Translations under genes and position numbers: made by a program | Shown here: piece after piece, positions 52,209 to 64,000 of the stretch | Layout of the letters: every line of letters starts with the position of its first letter | How positions within the stretch are numbered: position 1 is the first letter of the stretch | Notes under the pieces: model-generated | Seen by the model: only the letters and a program-made list of their open reading frames with translations | Databases searched by the model: none | What the model was told of the DNA's origin: nothing | From: Octopus sinensis | Taxonomy: Eukaryota | Direction of reading: 5' to 3' | DNA: 64,000 bases | NCBI RefSeq assembly: GCF_006345805.1 | Contig: NC_042999.1 | Coordinates: forward strand, 67,642,001 to 67,706,000

Positions 52209-52240
<32 letters not shown>

Positions 52241-54702
52241 CCACTTTCTGGTGACATTGGTAGGATGACCACAAATAGCCAAGATGATCAAAATTTGACC
52301 TCATTCAGGTCATTAAGGTGACATGAGTTGAAATCACCAGAAATGGTCATAATGATCAGATATGTTTTTCATCTTTTCTGTTTTTGTTTATTTTTTTCCA
52401 GAAATGAAAATTTTTTTTTCATTTCTTTTCTAGTTATTTTTGTAAAACACAACCTTGAGATCTCTACCTTTCAGGTAGAGGTAAATGTGACTATTTTGAA
52501 TGTAAACTTCATTTCTTTTTAGGGGGTGGGGAGTATGTATATATTTATGTATGTGTGAGTCAATATATGTATATGCATATATGCTTGAGTCTATGTACGA
52601 ATGTATACATGTGTCTATATATGTATGTATGTATGTATGTATGCATCTTATGTGTATGTTAGTGTATATGTATGTACATTGAACATGCATTATATCAGTA
52701 TGTATGTCTCTAATAATAATAATAATCTTTTCTACTATAGGCAGAAGGCCTGAAATCTGGGAGGAAGGGGAAATCAATTGTATTGATCCTAGTAGACAAC
52801 TGGTACTTAATTTATCGACCCTGGATAATAATAATGGTTTCTAATTAAGGTGCAAGGCCAGCAATCTTGAGGAGAAAGGATGGAGTTGACTGGTTCTTCA
52901 TTTTATTGACTCTAAATGAATGAAAGGCAAGGTCAACCTTACTGAGATTTGAACTCAGTAATTAAAGAGCAGCAACTCAATACAACATGGCATTTTGGTC
53001 AACACTCCTAAGAATTCTGCCAATCCAATATGAAAACTAAAACCACCCCCATCTCATGTAATATGATGGTGGCTGTATAACATCGAAGATGAGGAAAAAA
53101 ATAATTAAATTTAATTTCTGATTGTGTAATGTTTATTATCATTATAAATATTGTTTTTGTTATGGTGGTGTAATTACCGATATGAAAATATTTTCTAAAA
53201 TATAGACACAAGGCCAGAAATATGAGGAAGGGTTTGGATTGGATTGGATTGCCCATGTTCAGGCCACTGCAGGATGAGGGCCTCAGCATCTCCACTAATC
53301 ATGGTCTGATGTGGAGGCCATGAATTTGAGCTCGAGACCATAATGGTTCGATGATCCTACTCTGCCAATCCTGGCTTAACATAGCTTGACAGAGGGATGC
53401 AGTTTTTTTAAAACTTACCCAGGTATAATTGATTACGTGGACCCCAGTGCACAACTGGCATTCATTTTATTGACCCCAAAATAAAGGGGTTAATTGCTGA
53501 AATTGACCTCAGTATTAGACTGGTACTTTAATTTATGTCTCTGAGAAAGATGAAAAGCACAGTTGACCCTTGTGGGATTTGAACTCAGAATATAAACAAC
53601 TGGCAAAGAAAATACCACTAGGTATTTTATTTAACTCTAACAATACTGGCCATCCTAATGATAACGAAAATAATAGTATCTGCAAGAAGCCATTATTATT
53701 ATTATCATTATATAATCAATACTTTTATTGAGGTCAAAAGAATTCATAAACTTTCGAGAGAATGTGGAATAATTCCTGTTTGGAATGGTGAATCTTGAAA
53801 CAGATAAAGCTATAAATAATAGCACATGAATATTGGGTTAAAAAACCCTTTGGATGGAAAAAAGTCAATGGTTGCCTGTTGGGCATGAACCAAAATCTCC
53901 TCTAAACATAGCAGATGTTCTACCATTGGATCAAAACAATCCTTTGAATTTCTCAATTGTGAAAATTGCTTTGTGGTATTTGATCTAGTTTTTTACATTC
54001 TGAGTTCAAATCCCGCTGAGATCAATTTTGCCTTTCATCTCTCTAAGGGTCAATAAAAATAAAGTACCAGTAAAGTGTTGGAAGCTGATGGTATCATCTA
54101 ACATCCTGGCCTCAAAATTGTTGGCCGTGCACTCAAATTAAGAACAATTATTATTATTATTATGATTATTATTACAGATACTAAAGTATAGGGGACTGGC
54201 TGAAATGCTAGGGTGTAAGGAAAAATATTTTGTGGGATTTGTTTCAGATCTTTACATTCTGAGTTCAAACCCTTCCAAGGTCAGCTTTGCCTTTCGTCCC
54301 ACTGGGGTTGATGAAATAAGAACCAATCAAACACTGGGATCGATGTAATTGATGACTCCGCTCCCAGCAAATTTCAGGCCTTATACCTATAATATAACTA
54401 TTTATTATTATTATTATTATTATTATTACTACAACTTCAGCCATTATAACTACAACTACTTCTATTTATTATTAACTGATAAAGATAAAAATGATTATAA
54501 AAAAACTAATATTATTATTATCTTTTTTCTTATATATTTCTATGTTTAACATACCTCCCATCACTGATTTACTAAAAAGAAACACATACATACACATACA
54601 TAAACATACATGTTTATATGTATGTAATGTATGTACAGATGTATACATACATACACACACATACACTTATATATATATATGTAGGCATGCATGTATGTGT
54701 GT

Positions 54703-54755
<53 letters not shown>

Positions 54756-56197
54756 AATACATGTACATATGTATGCATGTATTTATGAATGTTTAAAGAT
54801 AAAAGGTGTCATTCTTACCACAAAGAAATAGAACTTAGAAAAATATTATAAATATACTTTTAAACTATATATATTGTTAAGATTTGATTGTTTAAAATGT
54901 TTTTTTGTTTTTGTTATCATTGTTTTTCTTTTTTACCAAATGCAATAATTAAATCATTGATATTGTTGTTGTTTTTGTTGCTGTTGTACATGTTCTGAAG
55001 TTTTTGCTGCAATTGTAAATTGTGCATTTAATTACTCTTTGTAGTACTTCTTGTAGTTATTATTGTTGTTTTTTTCTTCTTGTTGTTGTATTGTTACTGT
55101 TTTTTGTTATAGCAATAGCTTTGAACACATTTTAGTTAAAAAGACGAGGGAAAAAAAAAACAAAAAATAGAAAGAAACTGAAAAAAAAATTAGATGCAAA
55201 AAAAAAATTCATTTTGTTCAATAATCTTTTCCATTTTGTCTGTCTGTTTATCTGTGTCTCATGATAAACAAAAAGAATAAAATGTTTATATTATAATTGT
55301 CTTTTTTTAAAGATTTTTTTTTAATGCTTCAGAATGGTCAGTCTGTGTTTAAATACCCAAGAAGTGGGCAAAATTGAAATCAGAATTGATCCTTTTATAT
55401 AGTGATTTTTGATCTACCACCTGTGTTGAGTTGTTGTATTTGTAAAATGGTTGTTGGTTTTTATCACTTACCAACTCAAACTTAAATACATGTGTGAGTG
55501 TTTGTGTTTGTTGTGTGTGTATTTAGGTGTGTATATAAGGATGATGAAATATTGAGGTGATTAAAGGTGGAGAGAGAGAGAGAGAGAGCAGAATTAACTG
55601 CCTAACATGATAGATAGATAGATAAATATAGATAGATAGAGATAGATAGATAGATAAGAAGAGAGAGATAGGAAGAGAGAGAAAGGCAAACAGACAGGCA
55701 GATAGACAGACAGGTAGATAAGATCTTTAACTAACGTCCATCAAATTACCATAGGGCTTTCAACCAATAAGAGTGGTCTGATTTTTATTTTCTTTTGTAT
55801 TTTTTTTATTTTTGATATTATATATTATTGTATTTGAGCAAATATTTAGATGGTGGTAGTCGTGGTGACAGAGGTAATGGTGGTGATGTAAGTAGTTGTG
55901 GTGGTAGTGGTGGTGGTGATGTTAGTCGTGGTGGTAGTGTCATGAAAAATAAATCCTTTCAAACCATCAAGTGAAGCTCAAATTAGGTGTAAAAGTCTGT
56001 AATGATTCTAAAAATATAGAAAGAAAAAAAAAATAAAAGGATAAAAAAAAAATGAAATAAAAATCAACCATACACACAGAGAAAAAAATATGTATTTGAT
56101 TTGATTATTGGTTTCCAATTATTTCTCCCAAAGAAATTGTGTCAATATTAAAGAGTGTGTGTGTGTGTATGTGCATGTTCATGTAATAACGTCTGTG

Positions 56198-56280
<83 letters not shown>

Positions 56281-56355
56281 TGTTAATATGTGGTATGTGT
56301 AAGCTAGCGTGAGTTTTCATTCACGTTTTGGTGCCTCTTTGATGAATGGGTACAT

Positions 56356-56547
56356 TCACATGTGAGTGCTACCCTGGGTTGGAGAGCCACGGCGATAATG
56401 TTCAACAACATGTGATAGATCCCTTTGGAATGTATCTTGGGGTCTATGAGTCCGATGCTTGTGGTTGCTTTCGTCGGCAAACAGCGGGACATGTACACGA
56501 GGAATATGGAAGCCAGAACCACCAAACAGTGGATCATACCTCATGTT
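56356..56547 (-). CDS. PLPPR: PLPPR-like gene, terminal coding exon (NMRYDPLFGGSGFHIPRVHV..RRGSPTQGSTHM*)
   Basis: Strong acceptor CTTTCTTTCTGATTTTTCCACAG, phase 0 matching the previous exon, and 63 codons plus TGA in unique sequence. Confidence 0.75.
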   Translation of the reverse strand, partial: NMRYDPLFGGSGFHIPRVHVPLFADESNHKHRTHRPQDTFQRDLSHVVEHYRRGSPTQGSTHM

Positions 56548-56592
56548 CTGTGGAAAAATCAGAAAGAAAGAGATAGAGATAAATATATATAC

Positions 56593-56820
56593 ACTTCTTT
56601 ACTACCCATAAGGGGCTAAACATAGAGGGGACAAACAAAGACAGACAAAGGGATTAAGTCGATTACATCGACCCCAGTGCATAACTGGTACTTAATTTAT
56701 CGACCCCGAAAGGATGAAAGGCAAAGTTGACCTCGGCGGAATTTGAACTCAGAACATAACGACAGATGAAATACTGCTAAGCATTTCGCCCGGCGCGCTA
56801 ACGTTTCTGCCAGCTCGCCA
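56593..56820 (-). mobile_element. SINE family A, full length (last intron)
   Basis: Homology to 2184-2399. Confidence 0.85.
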
Positions 56821-57439
56821 CCTTAGATAGAGATAAATATATATATACAAATATGCAAATATTTTATCAACTTAAAGCTTATAAGCAATCATTGTGCATT
56901 GACTAAGGTAAATGGTCTAATATTGAGGCACATTAGTCCTTGACGGAAAAAAATAGGGTTGTCTGTATGTGTGGGGCCCTACATTTTTGTGTCGAAGGCT
57001 TATATGCTCCAATATTAGATTATTTATCATAGTCAATGCACGGTGATCACTTATAAGCTTTAAGCTTATAAAATATTATTATTTACAAAAATCAATACTG
57101 CTCACCAAAAATCACATACATATGCAAATGCATATATATATAATACATACAATGTGATATATAAAAATAGTTTCAAATTTAAGCACAGGGCTAGCAATTT
57201 TGAGTGGTGTGAGGTTGGTATCATCAACCCTAGTGACAGGTATTTTATTTTATCAATCCCCAAAAGATGAAAGGCCAAGTCAACTTCATTGGGATTTGAT
57301 AAAATGAGTAATAAAAACAATAATCAATGTTGAGTGAAGGAGAAAAGTGTTCACAGCTCTCCTCTTGTCTACAGAAAAATCAAACAGTCTTTTCCCCAAT
57401 CATTTTGAATTTTAAACTGGCCACATCTGACTCAAATAT

Positions 57440-57550
57440 CCATGCACACAGAGAAAAAAATATGTATTTGATTTGATTATTGGTTTCCAATTATTTCTCC
57501 CAAAGAAACTGTGTCAATATTAAAGAGTGTGTGTATGTGCATGTAATAAC

Positions 57551-57634
<84 letters not shown>

Positions 57635-57811
57635 TACACATATATGTGTGTGTGTGATTGAGTGTGTGAGTGTTAATATGTGGTATGTGTAAGCTAGCGT
57701 GAGTTTTCATTCATGTTTCGGTGCCTCTTTGATGAATGTGTACATTCACATGTGAGTGCTACCCTGGGTTGGAGAGCCATGGCGATAATGTTCAAAAACA
57801 TGTGATGGATC
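57440..57811 (-). pseudogene. Partial duplicate of the PLPPR-like last 22 codons and 3'UTR (source 56068-56421) inside a MITE
   Basis: Near-identical to the source apart from microsatellite length and a few substitutions; flanked by the two halves of a MITE family 2 copy. Confidence 0.9.
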
Positions 57812-58949
57812 AGCTTTTCATACCTACCCTACAATGTTATTCTAAAAATAACCAATCACATCATCTAAACCTCAAAGCTACAAGGTAATGTACGATGAAT
57901 CCAAAACAATGCTAACAAGCATTTCATTTGAAAGAGTAATTTGGCAGCTAAAGATTTAATGATATATTAATTCAAGAAAATCTCCCTCTGTCATTCAGAG
58001 ACAGTCATAATTGCTTAGTATTTGCTTAGCATGTCTCAAAGCGAAAATAATTCCAAAGAACCAAAAGTTTATTGTGTATGGTATTTAGTACACCTTTCTT
58101 TATCTTTGTCATCCAAATGCAAGCCATTGGTCACATTGAGTTATTTCTCTTAGCTCATTTCCATTTTAATGGGAAGGGTATGCATATGCCACAAATAGGT
58201 ATCATTCCTTTTCTAGCTTCTTACTCTACTTTGATAAAGGGTGTGCCTAAAACATCAGTCTATTTTTTTTCAGATGGAGTTTATTTGATGCAAATTTTCT
58301 ATGGCCATATGCCCTTTCTGTCACCAATCCTCACCTGTTTCCAAGTAAGGTATTATTTCTCCCATGGCCAAACATGTTTTCACAGAATATTGGAAATGAA
58401 TGACACTGCTTGTATGACAGGGATACTCATTTACAACTACCACACAATGCCAATATGTGGAAATACAAAGACACAGAAATGTGTACGTATTTATATATAT
58501 ATATATTTATATATTCTTTTACTTGCTTCAATCATTTGACTGCAGCCATGCTGAAACAATATATACACACATATATATATTATATATACACACATACATA
58601 TATAATGTGTGAATTGTAGGTACTTGGGGTAAATCACAACTGTTTCGTCTTGAAGCACATCTGCTTATTCTATTATTATAATTAATATATATTCATAGTT
58701 GCTGTTGTATGTTAATCAAACAACATATTAGAATTAAGAATTATGAAAATATTATTTGCAGAGTTACTGTATAACAAAACAGGGAAGTGAAAATGTTTTG
58801 GTATCATTTAGTCTCCAGTACATGTGTTTCATTTACTAATAAGAATCACAAAGGTTTACATGTCTATCTAACATGTAAATCTTTGTAATTCCTATCAGTA
58901 AATGAAACATGTGTAATGTAGAATAAATAATACCAAAACGTTTCTATTT

Positions 58950-60125
58950 TCCCCTTCACCTACCACTCCAATGCACCATTCTCCGAGCCTTCCGGTGACT
59001 TCAGTGCGACTCCTCCACATCGCACATCTTCCCTGACCACCCCTCCCCTCCTTCAAGTGAGCCCACAACCTACGAGACCTCTTGGTTCACAGCTTCTTTC
59101 CTAACCCAACCTCCCAGCCTCGCTCGTTCCTCTGCTCCTACCCATGCTGCCACACTTGCCCTTACCTCTCCAGCACCACCCTCCTCACTTGCACCCATCA
59201 TCAACCCTATCAGATCACCGAGTCCTTCACCTGCACTTCTACCAATGTCATCTACTGCATCTCGTGCTCTCTCTCTCTGCCATTCTCAATACATTGCGCA
59301 AATGGGATGCCATTTGGCTGACTGGTTTGCAGAACACCTCCAAGACATCCAACTCAGGAATGACACCTTGGTCTCGCACCATTTCCGCTCTACCAGTCAC
59401 TCTTTGCAACACCTGTCTGTGTTCGGATTGTCCCTGCACAGGGGCTATCCGGACTCCCGTCTTCGCCATGAACAGGGATTAATCTTCTCTCTTTACTCCT
59501 TTGCGCCACATGGGCTCAACTCTCCTCCCCTCTCTTCTCACACCTACTTCTTTCTACCCACCTCTCCTCTCTTGCCCCAACTCCTACCCTCCTTCTCTTC
59601 ACTCCTACCACCTTCTCCTTTCCCCCTCTCCTTTCATCGTCACTCCTCCCTCGTAACTCCACCCCTACACAATCCAATCCCACCTTCCCTATCCATCCCA
59701 TCCCACCTCATCCCTTACACCCCCTCTCACATACCCTACCTGTACCCCCGCCCTTGCTTTCCACACATCTCAGCACCACCACACCACACACCACCATAAC
59801 ACATCACACCACCATGCACACACACACATACATACTCTCTTATACACATGCACGTGCACCTTCATTTTGGGATCATTACTACTTTATTATCTCCCCTTCT
59901 TTCTAGCTCTCCTGTGTGACCCCTCTGTCCGGCATTTGCCATGATAGATCGCTAGCCACTACACATTCATTATTTTCTCTCCTTGTTTCTTTCTGTGTTC
60001 CTTTCTGTGGAAGAGCGTAGGCTCGAAACGTTAAAGACTTTTTCAGTTCCTGAGCGTTAAACTAATACATTTGTTTGTTGTCTACACCACCTGTCTTCAT
60101 CTTTTGTTTTTTTGTGTATCTTCCC
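58950..60125 (+). mobile_element. Penelope-like element, 3' part (GIY-YIG endonuclease and tail)
   Basis: CCHTCPY..FTCTSTNVIYCISC..QYIAQMG..LADWFAEHLQDI..VSHHF..EQGLIFSLYSFAPHGLN, with frameshifts; pyrimidine-rich tail containing a hammerhead-like motif. Confidence 0.9.
60001..60036 (+). ncRNA. Degenerate PLE-associated hammerhead-like motif
   Basis: CTTT-CTGTGGAA-GAGC(GTAG)GCTC-GAAA-CG-TT-AAAG; core A6 is replaced by U. Confidence 0.45.
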
Positions 60126-60343
60126 TATACATATACATATATGATAGGATTCTTTCAGTTTTCATCTACAAAATCTACTCACAAGACTTTGGTTGGCTTA
60201 CAGCTATAGTAGAAGACACTTGCCCAAGGAGACACAGTGGAACTAAACTTAGGACCAAGTGGTTGGGAGAAGCATGCTTCTTACCAAAAATCCACGCCTG
60301 CACCCATATGAGAAATAAATATTGTAATGTTCTGGAAACTTAC

Positions 60344-60451
60344 CCCTGGACGTCCAGATGACCCTCCATGTTGCAACAAATATGTTTTCAGTGCTCGGAG
60401 CAGTTTTTTGTCCAATGTGTGTTCACTGAAATTATGTAGCACAAATCCACC
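60344..60451 (-). CDS. PLPPR: PLPPR-like gene, exon after TM6 (GGFVLHNFSEHTLDKKLLRALKTYLLQHGGSSGRPG)
   Basis: TTTTTGTTGTCTTCTAG acceptor, GTAAGT donor, 108 bp, phase 0-0. GGFVLHNF matches the GxxVVHNF that follows TM6 in vertebrate PLPPR1. Confidence 0.88.
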
Positions 60452-60641
60452 CTAGAAGACAACAAAAATATATACATTCAAATTACTGACAGTCATTAGT
60501 CTGTTTTCTCAAGAAAATGTTGTAATTAATTCATTTGGTTGGAATCATCATCGTTATTTTATAATAATTACAGATTTTAAAATTATACTTACCACACAGT
60601 CACTCCTATGTATATATATATATATATATATATATAATGAC

Positions 60642-61040
60642 AATGTTATATGGTGCAGAGATGTGGGGACTGAGAAAGGTGGAAAGGAGTCGATGAAATG
60701 TGTTTGATATGAGATGTTTGAAAGCTATGGTTGGTGTGACATGGATGGACAGGATGGGGAATGAGGAGGTGTGAAGATGAGCATGAATAAGAGAAAAACT
60801 AACAACCAAAATGGATAAACAAATGTTGAGGTGGTTTGGCCACAAGGAGAGGATGGTCAGGAGGATGATGAAGGCAGAAGTGGTAGGCAGCAGAACCAGA
60901 GACAGACCATGGTTTATGTGGATGGATGGAGTGAGGAAATCTTAGTTGATTAGAAGTGTTAGAGTGAGAGAGGCAAGAGAGTTTATAAATGATAGGAAAG
61001 CTTGGAGAGTGTTTGTGGGTGGATGAGTGAATTTTGATGT
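60642..61040 (+). mobile_element. RTE-clade LINE 3' end
   Basis: MLYGAEMWGL..FDMRCLKAMVGVTWMDR..LRWFGH..RDRP..WMDGVR..DRKAWR, with stops. Confidence 0.85.
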
Positions 61041-61332
61041 TGCTCAAAGGGGTATGAAACCAGCATAATGCAGTGGGGGTAAACCAGCATATGCTGTCGG
61101 GCCCCATTGCTGATATTGGGGGTTGTGTTCTGTGCCTTGACCCGAGCATAGAACAGGGCTCGCCTCTTTGAGCTGGGAAATGAATGAAATGCCTGGGGAT
61201 ATAAAAACTTATAATGACCCACCCAAGATACAACAAAATGTTTCAACACACAAGCTCACATCAAGAATCATGCAAACCAAATCAAATACAAAAACGAAAT
61301 AATAATAGTCTATAATTTGTATTGTTTCTTAC

Positions 61333-61509
61333 CAGGTAGGCAGCCATGAGAACACCCATTCCAAAGCCAGCAACGACATCTGTCCAGTAACTTCGGAACA
61401 GTCCAATTTCTACCAATCCACAAAGTAGAGACATCATACAGAATATCATGGCCAAGAATACTCGTACAAGTTTTAAGGTGTGGGTGCCAACACCATAATG
61501 TATATAGAT
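61333..61509 (-). CDS. PLPPR: Phospholipid phosphatase-related (PLPPR/PRG-like) protein, exon encoding TM5-C3-TM6
   Basis: TTTTGTTCCGTTTCAG acceptor, GTAAGA donor, 177 bp = 59 aa IYIHYGVGTHTLKLVRVFLAMIFCMMSLLCGLVEIGLFRSYWTDVVAGFGMGVLMAAYL. It aligns without gaps to the PAP2 TM5-C3-TM6 segment of PLPPR1 as recalled (MYIT..GLNRVSEYRNHCSDVIAGF..ALFL). Confidence 0.92.
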
Positions 61510-61847
61510 CTGAAACGGAACAAAATATACCAATATTAAGTGGAATCAGAAAAACAAAATATACCATCTATATAATTAAAAACTAAGCACTGGGATTGAT
61601 TTGTTCCACTATATCCTTCAAGGCTCCAGTATGACTGCAATCCAATGATTGAAGTAAGATAAAAAAAATTAAGGAATTTACAGTATAAAAGACTATTCCA
61701 AAGTCTTCATGGCAACGGCTGAATTTCCAAAGCCATGGTGTACCACAAGTGTTGAAACAGTGTGTTTTCTGGGTAATGTAACTGGGAGACTTAAATATCG
61801 TTTTATTAAATGGAAATTGTAGTTGATCAATGGAAATTGTAGTTCTG

Positions 61848-62405
61848 ATCCCTGTGCCAGTGGCACGTAAAGAGCACCATCTGTACGTGGCTGATGCCAG
61901 CACCAACTTGACTGGCTTCTGTGCCGGTGGCACATAAAAAGCACCAACCGATCGTGGCCGTTGCCAGCCTCCCCTACACTCACGGAGTGGTTGGTTTTAG
62001 GAAGAGCATCCAGCTGTAGAAACACTGCCAGATCAGACTGGAGCCTGGTGCAACCTTCTGACTTCCCAGATTCCGGTTGAACCATCCAACCCATGCTAGC
62101 ATAGAAAACGGATGTTAAACGATGATGATGATGATGATACTACAGCCAATCATTAATCATAAGTGAGTGAAATTTAGTAACATGAATTATCATCATCATC
62201 ATCGTTTAACATCCACTTTCCATGCTGCCATGGGCTGGACGGTTTGACTGAGGGCTGGCAAGCCAGAAGGCTGCACCGGACTCCAATCTGATCTGGCAAA
62301 GTTTCTACAGCTGGATGCCTTTCCTAATGCCAACCACTCTGAGAGTGTAGTGGGTGCTTTTTACATGCCACTGACATGAGGGCCAGCTAGGTGGTACTGG
62401 CATCG
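61848..62405. mobile_element. Tail-to-tail inverted pair of family C SINEs
   Basis: 61848-62138 (+) and 62188-62405 (-), about 50 bp apart. Confidence 0.85.
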
Positions 62406-63189
62406 TTTTTCTAATTCTTTTAGGGGTCTATGTAGTCACAAACAGAAATAGATACCTTCTTAGCTCCTTAACCTGCCCTTAATCCTGCAGCACATCAAGG
62501 ATGTGGCAGTTGGAGGGAGAGCGAGTGCATCAGTACATAGTTGGTACTCATTCACATCTGAGCATATTGTAGCAATATGAAGTGAAGTACCTTGCTCAAT
62601 GATACAATCAACTGTCTAGTGCAAGAATTGAACTCATGACATTATGGATCATGAGTCAAATTCCCTATCTACTAAGCTATGTGCCTTAACCAGAGAATGA
62701 TATTAAATATAAGCACCAACTTAATCTTTTAATTTTGAATGATTAATTCAGAAGTGGAAGCAAAGTGGCCAAAATTCTTTCCGGGGTTTCCAGTGTTGCT
62801 GGGAGTGGGAAAGGAAGCCTGGTCTAAATATTTGCAACATCAGGAACACAGCTAAAGGCACCAAAGGATCAGGTAGGGATGTTAAACTAACATCCTGTGA
62901 ACCCTTTGTGAATGATTTTTATCTAATGATGAATTAGAAAATAGAATTCCAGTTAGGCATCCAATTTTTCTCAGAACTTTGTCACTCTAGAAGGCATCCA
63001 GCAGTAGAAACTATGCTGAAGCAGATACTGGAGTGTTATGTGATCCTTAGACCCATCGCGTCCTGTCAAACTGTTTAACTCGTGCCAGGACAGGACAAGA
63101 ACACTAAATGATGATGAAGTCATTTCTCCAGAGGTTTAACTCATTAACAATCAGAAGCACAATAAAATATGTAATCACTATTACTCTTA

Positions 63190-63190
63190 C

Positions 63191-63229
<39 letters not shown>

Positions 63230-63400
63230 GGGAAGTGGTGGTAGTAGTACTAGTTGTGGTGGTTTTCATTGCAATAGTCACTATACCATCATTGAGCATC
63301 GGTGCCAGAAACATTGAACATCGAAAACATCATCAAAAAGTTTACAGTAGTAGTAGTAGTAGCAGCAGCAGTAGTAGTAGTAGTTGTAGTAGTAGTAGTA
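63190..63400. repeat. (AGT)n/(AGC)n trinucleotide tracts
   Basis: Directly visible. Confidence 0.95.
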
Positions 63401-64000
63401 AGTATAGACCTCTATCAGCATCTTTTAGACAGCAGTTCACTTATTGGCAGTGAAGTTTACTGGTAACGTGTAGTTAGTCACGTGCACAAAGACCCAATTT
63501 TTGAGCACTCGTAAGGTGTAAAGTTGCATAGATGAATAAGAAAAAGAAGAAAAAAAAGGGGGGAAAGAAAAGCAACCCCCATCACCCAAAGAAAGCGACA
63601 AGATACTGTTTTGTTACGGAAGTAGGTGACTAAATGGTGTAGTCTTTTTGACTGTAGCTATGTTAGTAGTGTCAAAGTTAAATTGGTTCATTTTACCTAT
63701 TAAACAGAAATAGGAAGAAAAAACATAAAAATCAAAATCTTCCTTCTAACGTATTGATCTTTCAAACTGATATTGATTTTAACTGCCATAGATGACTCAC
63801 ATATCAAATTCAAAACACAAAAATAAAACTGAAGCTGTAACTGTTTCTGAAAGCACATGAAATTATTCTTAGATAGAAACAAGAGCCGGCAGTCAACTGG
63901 GGGTAAATCTAGAGTTAAAGTTTTTGTGTATACAGATATAAACAAAACTAGGATTAATGGAACTAAGCAAAGATTCTGAAGATGATAGTTGAATGGAAGT

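Noticed and set aside
2184-56820. tRNA-like A/B boxes
   Set aside because: All are SINE heads fused to repeat bodies; no complete cloverleaf gene was seen.
58072-58539. 155-aa plus-strand ORF
   Set aside because: Antisense in the PLPPR-like intron and runs through SINE and microsatellite sequence.
61512-64000. Search for the upstream PLPPR-like exon (C2, SFPSxH-like)
   Set aside because: An SFPT-like reading near 62800 lacks a compatible frame and donor; the exon probably lies beyond the window.

Overview
AT-rich, microsatellite- and repeat-dense eukaryotic DNA. The repeat families and microsatellite content suggest an octopod cephalopod (inference). The only confidently identified gene is the 3' half of a minus-strand phospholipid phosphatase-related (PLPPR/PRG-like, PAP2 superfamily) gene. 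It has three exons: 61333-61509, 60344-60451 and 56356-56547. All three have canonical splice sites and consistent phase 0, and the C3 catalytic motif is degenerate. The remainder is intron/intergenic DNA containing at least five tRNA- or LINE-tail SINE families, RTE LINE ends, a Penelope-like element, Tc1/mariner remnants, a Helitron remnant, piggyBac-type MITEs and long foldback elements. Two themes stand out. First, type I hammerhead-ribozyme or hammerhead-like motifs sit in several unrelated non-autonomous repeats: a near-canonical one in a foldback spacer at 19393-19435, a variant-core pair at 17500-17642, one in a tRNA-headed SINE at 32634-32669 and one in a PLE tail at 60001-60036. Second, there are repeated short-range templated duplications, one of which copies the end of the PLPPR-like gene into a MITE. 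No rRNA, genuine tRNA gene or CRISPR array is supported. Everything was read by eye, so coordinates of degenerate repeats are approximate.
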